From contig NC_087472.1 in assembly GCF_036321535.1 (NCBI RefSeq), forward strand, positions 96,970,001 to 97,034,000: DNA of 64,000 nt. Direction: 5' to 3'. The translations under genes and the position numbers were made by a program. Source of the stretch: Camelus dromedarius (taxonomy: Eukaryota). Below the pieces are notes generated by a model. It ran no database searches, was not told where the DNA came from, and saw only the letters and a program-made list of their open reading frames with translations. Positions 62,255 to 64,000 of the stretch are shown here, piece by piece (within the stretch, counting starts at the first letter, position 1; every line of letters begins with the position of its first letter).

Positions 62255-63200
62255 TAATTTATGCAACAACAAAAAAATCTGTGTAGTGTATACTGGGTGT
62301 TAGGCACCGTGCCTTTTCTTTGTAAGTTTGTAATCTAGAGGAGATGGCAGACAGGTAAACCAAGAATTAAAGTGTGATGTGATAAATGCTATGATAGAGG
62401 CATTCCTGGAGTGCACAGACATCTGTAAGGTGGAGGTGGTCAGGAGAAGTTGATAGAATCTTGAAGGATAATTGGGTGTTGTGTAATTTGGCTGTAGATA
62501 TTTGAGACTGAGGAAATAAAACCTGGGATGATGATTCTAGAAAATGGTACTGGACAGGTGGAGCAGGGCCAGGTCATGGACAGTCTTGTTTAGGACATTA
62601 ATGGATGCAGTGGGGCTTTAGATTTGAGTTTTAGGATATTAATTTCAGATGAAAGAATAGAGCAATGAGTTTAAGTGGAGAGAGGGCATTTGTGGTGGTG
62701 AAATGTGATGAGGACTGTAACCTTAGCAATTGGCACTTTGAAGTCATTGTGATAGGAGGAAGTAGAAATAGTAGGATCTGACTGCTTGCATGTGGTGGTT
62801 GGGCTGAAGGGAAGGAGGGAAACAGAAGAGTCTAGGAAAACTGGCAGGTTTTGCATTTGGGTAAATAGATATTAGTGTGTCTTCTACCCAGATGAAGCAG
62901 AGTATCAGGTTAAGGGGGCTGAAGGGTAACAGAGATTAGAGTGAGAGATGAAAAGACAGTTTTTAAAATATTGAATTTAAGGAGTTTATATGACACTTAA
63001 ATGGTGATACGATGATGTCTAATAGGTAACTGAGTTAACAGGTTTAGAATTCAGTAAACTTATAGTAAAGAAAGGAAGTTGACAACTACTAGTGTCTAAA
63101 TTTCAATTAAATTCAATGGAGAGAGGGACAGAAAGATTGAGAGGCAGTAAGGGGAGGAGGGAGGGAGAGAAGAAGGGCAAGAAGGAAGGATAGAGAGAGA
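62255..63200 (-). mobile_element. Degraded L2
   Basis: CTGGGTGTTAGGCAC...AATCTAGAGGAGATGGCAGACAGGTAAAC...GTGATAAATGCTATGATAGAGG...GGGCCAGGTCATGG. Confidence 0.6.
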
Positions 63201-63488
63201 GAGAAAATGAGAAATAGAACTATGATCTGAAAAGAGAAAACAAGAGTCCTGTATTAGCCAGGGTTTTAGTTCCAAGTGAAAGGAATTGAGATTGAACCTT
63301 AGTTGATTTAACTAGAATCGCCAGGAAGGCAGGAGGACCAAGCATGGAGGTTTCATAACCAGGATAAATGCTCCAGTTCCTGCCGTATGATTGGTACGCT
63401 GCAGATCCCATTGCTGCTAGTGTCATAGATTTCACCAACTCTTAGCCACTTTTACCAGGATAGATTTATCAAGGTTCCTGCTTTGTTC

Positions 63489-63982
63489 TGTTATTAGTTT
63501 TTATATGAGGGAGGGTTCTGACATGAAAGAGATGGCATGCTCAAAGGGGTCACAAAAAGAAAATTTGAAGAAGGGACTATGTATTTTCAAAGGAACAAGA
63601 AGGGATAATGAAGCACCCAGGACCTAGCAACAGAAGGAAGACTTTACCACCCCTAGGTCTGAAGAGGGAAGGAAGGGAGCTTTATAAGAACGCAGCAAGA
63701 TCTAGTATATGGCAGAGAGGCTGTGGCCTTACCTAGAGAAATGTAGCCATTGCCCAACTGCATGCATATCAGCAAGGAAGAAGCAGAGGGAATAGTTACC
63801 TCAACCTCACTCTCCTCTGGCCCTCTTATCTCTTGCCAGTGTGTTTCATTGGCCAAACACAATGGGGAGGAAGCTGGCAAGGGAAGCCCAAGGGATGTGG
63901 TTTGGTGTCTAGAGGTCAGCTTCCTGATCAGAGAGTAGGGTGGAAGATGGATCCAGAGAGGTAAATAGGAATACCCAGCACA
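63489..63982 (-). mobile_element. LTR33-like (ERVL) solo LTR
   Basis: AGAGATGGCATGCTCAAAGGGG...GAAGGGACTA...TCATTGGCCAAAC...GGCAAGGGAAGCCC...GAATACCCAGCACA. Confidence 0.6.
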
Positions 63983-64000
63983 GCTTCCAATTCAAATCAT

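Overview
Repeat-rich mammalian non-coding DNA, most likely camelid: it carries vic-1-type tRNA-derived SINEs and young L1 3' ends, and I saw no Alu, BovA/BovB, PRE-1 or Can-SINE. No intact protein-coding gene is supported. The only recognisable cellular gene is a full-length, frameshifted EIF4E processed pseudogene (23295-25101, minus) with an 18-bp TSD. The other recognisable long ORFs are L1 ORF1/ORF2 fragments. The notable content is retrotransposition architecture read directly from target-site duplications (TSDs). (i) An L1 3'-transduction carrying about 480 bp of foreign flanking DNA, with a twin-priming inversion (57806-60037). It was later hit by a younger L1 with a doubled 3' UTR, and all of this sits inside a 7.2-kb L1 inside an MLT1 LTR. 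(ii) Three different solo LTRs nested inside each other, each with a perfect 4-bp TSD (40467-42282). (iii) Two L1s truncated at essentially the same nucleotide. (iv) An internal micro-inversion in an old L1, bounded by 12-bp inverted repeats. (v) An old direct duplication of about 160 bp. L1s and LTRs are mostly on the minus strand, hinting that the window is intronic to a plus-strand gene. I found no convincing evidence of a new enzymatic or defence-type system. Repeat family names are by-eye recognition and need RepeatMasker/Dfam confirmation.
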